A stretch of 64,000 nucleotides of DNA from Phoronis australis (lineage: Eukaryota; Animalia; Phoronida): positions 431,567 to 495,566 of the forward strand of contig NMRA01000057.1 in NCBI GenBank assembly GCA_002633005.1, in the 5' to 3' direction. Shown here piece after piece: positions 59,072 through 64,000 of the stretch. The notes under the pieces are model-generated. The model ran no database searches, was not told where the DNA came from, and saw only the letters and a program-made list of their open reading frames with translations. Each line of letters begins with the position of its first letter. The first letter of the stretch is position 1. Both the position numbers and the translations under genes were made by a program.

Positions 59072-62000
59072 CACACGCAATACGCATTAATGAACTCGAG
59101 TGTGAAGCCATTTTTGCGACAATGGCGAAATTTTATACTAATAGACGTAATGTTCAAAGAATCCACACTTTTCGTTTTAGGCGCTGTATTTGGAAAATAA
59201 AGTGACTGCGCTTTTGACTGCATGCAAACAACAACATATATAAGATAATGTAAAATTATGCATTCCGTTTCATGGCGATACAAAACCTTATACATACTTA
59301 GGAAATACACTCGTTTTGCCGTCCTTTGTATACCTTTAGGCAATGATTGTACCGGCCTAAGTTGAATTCTGATCTATATCGTTATGGCAACTTTTAGGTA
59401 ATAATCTGTCGTGAAATGCAAAATTCCATCCATTTAGAACACAGAATTGAAAAGTTTCATGAATAGATAGAATATACTAAAATTTCTCAAAAAAACTGTA
59501 CTGCACTTGCTTGTTACTGGCAACTCACAGTCGTGAAATAAATCCAGTACCATTCAACACCCTGCCAACCCGCGATCGAGAACGCCCGGAAGGCGATCGA
59601 AAACGAAATTTGGCGGGAGTAGTGAAGCCAGACAAGGTGTGTAAATTTGATGAATTTTCGTTGTTTTTACTTTCAACGTGAAAACAGAGACACGAGTTCA
59701 AGGCGTAACACATTGAGGAAGGACAGGTAGAGGTTTGGCTATTATTTGTTCCAATTATTGGAGAAAAGTTAAGTTAACCGATCCCATTGCATGAGCGGAA
59801 GGTGATTTATATGTCATTTTGGCAAACTGCAGTCAATCTTGGCACTATACCAATAAATTTTTCATGTATTTATGAAGAAGTGACGTCTGAGATTATAACG
59901 CAACGCTTGTTTTTCGTATTTTTGTCAGGATCTCTAAATCTAAAACAGTTTTCTGTTGAAAGAAGCGATCGAGAACGCAATGATAAGCGATCAGGAACGC
60001 ATCGTGGTGTGTAGAACAATTATTAGCTTTTTATTTAGAAAACGTGAAGAAGGTGATGCATTTTGCGTCATTACTGTGTCACTGCCGTATCAAGCATATT
60101 ACCATTAAAGCGCCATGAGCACTGCATGTACATCAAGCATACTAGTTTAGTTATAAATATTTTCATAAATGATTTTATTTTCATTTTAGGGAACAAGTTC
60201 ACTGAAATTATTGTGAGGCGAGCTTCAACGAACATGTTACCCACGGCGTGAAGGTAAACCTTACTAGACAGTTTTGAAATAGACATCTACTTTGAGACGA
60301 AATCCCTGGAAACAAGGGTTTCTAAACTACGACACACCCAGGAGTGGTTCCATGTGGCGTGTCAGCCACGTGTAAACAAATTGTTGCTGCAGATGAAAGC
60401 CAGTGTCGAATCTTCTTGAAAATTTGAGACAGCAAAAGAAAGAAAAAACAAATAGCCAGTGAAGTCAACGAATGATGATGAACTTGTCCATGGAGAGAAA
60501 GAGGAGTGCAGCAACACCATTCACGAGATGATTCAAAGATTCCTGCTCATGAACGTCTGGTATTTAAAAATTGCCAGAGTTTGCGTAAGCTGATAAAACG
60601 GATGGGGTTTTACTTGACGTTTACTGGCACCAGTGTGGCTTCGATGTACGTTTTGTTTGACTCTTCTGTTTTGTAGTCTTGGTCCTGAGTTCACCGTGCA
60701 CCCTCAGTTTTATCCTCCAGTTTAATGTTACATTGAAAAAGAGTGAGACGAGTTATAATACTATAATACTATATTGTAATTTTCTCAAAATGTAGTCAAC
60801 ATGTTGTCAAAACAATTGTATGTAAGTATCGCCCAATGACCCCTAGTATGGTCTTTCAAATCTACCTAAACACTACAAAAATGCAATGGTTCTATTAAAG
60901 ATCCTATTGAAATAACACAAATATAGAAAAAAAATTGAGGAAAAAAGTTTCAAAACAAAACGTCAAAATACTACATTGTATCTCATCAGACAACTACCAA
61001 CCATGAACTCCGTAAATCTGAATAAACTAAAGTGACTTTACAATTACCTTCACTACTGGACTTAATGATTTCATTCATGACGTTTCTGCTGGCTATGCCT
61101 GTAGAAGGAGGCATACTGTTTGCATGACATGCCACATTCACCACAAGAAGGACTGTCCTCGTGCTGGGCTCACTTTTTCCGAAACACTAATTTCGTTATA
61201 AATCACTATGAAATTGGTCTCGAATTATTCCTAAATCATACTAAAGATAGCGTCGGTACTTAAAAAGAACTGGCAGTTTATTATTGCTTGAGACCGGCTC
61301 TATAAGTAAACATTTGCCACTTTTCAATTTTCATTACGCCGAGTGTGGTCTCAATATATCACTAACTACCAGTTGTTAGCAAACCCAGAAATCATTTCTC
61401 ATCTGAGAAGGAAACTAATTGAGACCAGTTTTATCGCGGTAAGTAGTCGGAATCAAAAGTTCACTCATCGACGAAACGCGGTTTTATAGTCGTTTTAAAT
61501 GTTTAAGGAAGATCTCAACCCAGTGACAATATGACGGCGCATCGGTGATCGAGGTTCTCCAGAGAGTCGGTGTTGCTGAATCATAGTATACAGAAATGCG
61601 CAAGCGGTGTAAGAACGAGGAATTTAAATAGCCACAGGTCAACTAGCGGGACATGTGCCAGCATAGAGCTGTTGGAGTGCGTATCCCCAAAAGAACTCCT
61701 TATCGGACGCGTAAACCCCAAGTCCAAAATACATAGTTATTTTATGGTTGTCGCTGATGAATGAAGGTTCAGTATGTTGATGAAGATGGCAACGATGACG
61801 ATGATGATGAGACCTTGATGTTTGCAACATGATGCAGCAACAGTTTATGGATTTTGATTATATCATTTATCCGCATTATGATGTCGCTGTCATTTGCACT
61901 GCATTCTTTGTCTCACAACTGAATTCACAACGCAAGTGCAACAAGATCGCTCTAATGAATACCAACAAACACGGTAATTCCATGTTAAATATGTTATCGA

Positions 62001-62577
62001 TTTTATATGGTTTTACAATTGTTCTCATCACTATGACAACAATGAAAATTTAATAGTGTACGTTTCGCGTAGTGCTTCAAAGAGAGTTCAGAAATTAGAT
62101 GTCTGGATAGATGTAGGCGGGAAGGTTCGTTCCTAACAATTTTGTCAATTCGTTTTTTATTTCCTCTGTCAGGAGTTTGAAGACAGCAACAGCTTGGTAC
62201 TGAATTGCTTAGGAACAGGGTAAGTTGAAACGTAAGTCTGATGAAAGGGTGAAAGCAACCAACTTGGTTGGTGATATATGCATGTAGTCTTTAAAAAAAA
62301 CCTCGTTATTTCTTGTTGTACTTCAGTTGTTCAGAATCAAATGGTTCCAATTTACATATAATTTAGGACATAGAGTAGAATCTATTGTTCACATCAAACA
62401 AGTGTTCGTCTTTTTGCTTTTTCCGTGAACAACACGAAGAAGCAATGTTACACTTGTATTTGAAATGTTCATTTGTTCAGGATTTTCGGTATTACTGAGA
62501 ATAATGTGTGCTGCATTGGTATCAGCTACGATCTGTGCTGCGTTTGGGTGAGTGAATTTCTTGAGAGAAAAGCGAGA

Positions 62578-62690
62578 TTAGCCTCGCCTTCAGTAACGCT
62601 AGGACCTTCGCGAGATTACGTGAGCTATTGCCGTGTATTTTCAATGAGAACACGTGATTCTGGCTAGACTTTAACTAGGTTCTAGCATAG
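62578..62690. mobile_element. Copy of the 1851-1975 MITE family (TAGCCTCG terminus)
   Basis: tagcctcgccttcagtaacgctaggacc...gccgtgtattttcaatgagaacacgtga...ctaggttctagc. Confidence 0.6.
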
Positions 62691-63225
62691 GTCCAAGCGC
62701 TACTTAACGCACCCCAGGTCTTCGTGAGGAATCGCCATGCAATACCGCCTATTGTGGGCATGGAGGACTACGTCGACTTACAATTAAATGCACTCTTTGT
62801 TTTCATGACAGCCAGACAGGTGTACAGACAGACAAACGGACGGAGGGACGGACGGACAGACACGCTACCAAGCAGGCACCCAAAACTGAACAACAAGAAC
62901 TTATTCCAAAGAAGCATTTTAATATATCTGCTCTGCAACACATCAAAATAAGCTGGTGTAATTTTTATTTGTAAACCAAAAATTAAATTAGGAAGCCTTT
63001 CGAAAGGTTTTCGACCGCAAATATGAAGGTCCTCTATGCAAATATAAATAAAAGGCGAATGGAAAAACAATACGACTAAGTAAATAGGCCGAAATAGGAA
63101 GAGACACAAATTATTAGATATACTTAAGAAAATAAAGTGAAGTAGACGATTGATCACATTTTATTTTTGGCCAAAACATGATCACGAAATTTAAAATTAA
63201 CCCGCAAGTAAACAAAGACATGTTG

Positions 63226-63268
63226 ACCCGACGTTTCGGTTTATTCACTATAAACCATTCTCAAGGCT
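63226..63268 (-). ncRNA. Minimal hammerhead motif, U3-A8 core variant
   Basis: Minus strand: AGCC-UUGAGAA-U-GGUUUA[UAGUGAA]UAAACC-GAAA-CG-UC-GGGU; perfect 6-bp stem II, weak stem I. Confidence 0.55.
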
Positions 63269-64000
63269 AAATTTCACATTATTCAATCAGGCGACACAGG
63301 TGGAGAACACCAGGTGCTCAGATCTTAGACAAGGATAATGCCACCCTCATGCTCCTCATAAAGGAGGCTGATTTCTGGTCTCACAGTGCATAGTTAGGAG
63401 CATGCAAATACTTCTTGAAGCTGCTTTACTCGAGATCCTGTTGTCAACTTGCCCAACTTTCGTCGCATTTACACATTAGATCGCAAACTGAATTAGCATG
63501 AGTCACTTACACGAAGACTGTCTGAGCATGCTCACATGCCCGGTTCCATTCACCCTACGTTTAACCTTGGAATTTGACCGGTAAAAAGTTGTTTGTGACT
63601 TGAAACCCTATTTTTGTAATTGTGCTTGTTTTTGACAAAAAGCAGTGTCCCATATACATATATCGATGCACGAGCAGCTAGCTAAATTGTAAAAAGTAAT
63701 TACGCGCATGGCGTGAAATAATTTGATCAAATTACATACCTGCCAAGCTACTAGTGCCTTCAGCAAAATACAAACAAGACCCGCACATTGGGTGGTGGCT
63801 GGTCTCAGCAGATCTGCATTCACACGTGCTTGGAGTATGCTGTAAATCACTTTTTGTTCACAAAAAGTGTAGCAATGTTGAAACAATCTGGATGACCCAA
63901 TAGATCTGGAATTCCAAAAAACCCATTTGAGGAAGAATTTAGCATTATACCTAAGGGCACCACCTTACTACAAAATCACGGATAATCCAGTAAATGTAAC

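Noticed and set aside
60336-60420. QEWFHVAC peptide resembling a PHD finger
   Set aside because: The upstream CxxC ligands are absent and there is no exon support.
62056-62088. Possible fourth hammerhead (…GAAACGUA on the minus strand)
   Set aside because: No CUGANGA box and no stem I.

Overview
AT-rich, intron-containing metazoan (probably marine invertebrate) genomic DNA, read by eye; no searches were run. There are three genes, all on the minus strand. (1) A type II membrane GH31 alpha-glucosidase (sucrase-isomaltase/maltase-glucoamylase-like): ATG at 21590, 12 exons traced down to 462, continuing past the window start. Both catalytic motifs are intact (WI|DMNE and HWLGDN), one intron is probably GC-AG, and exons 4-5 are duplicated across a single-N assembly join. 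(2) A complete 8-exon otopetrin proton-channel gene (53682->34786, 566 aa). (3) An intronless 1107-codon ORF of unrecognised family (59030->55707). It is built from an in-frame head-to-tail duplication that includes its own start context, with nested acidic D/N/G/H/Y repeats and a polybasic/di-Cys C-terminus. The non-coding DNA is dense in non-autonomous transposons: Harbinger-like MITEs, TAG-ended TIR elements, a tandem Helitron/Helentron-like element, tRNA-SINEs and an RTE-like LINE remnant. It also holds three minimal hammerhead-ribozyme motifs of the Penelope type, two of them in GH31 introns on the sense strand.
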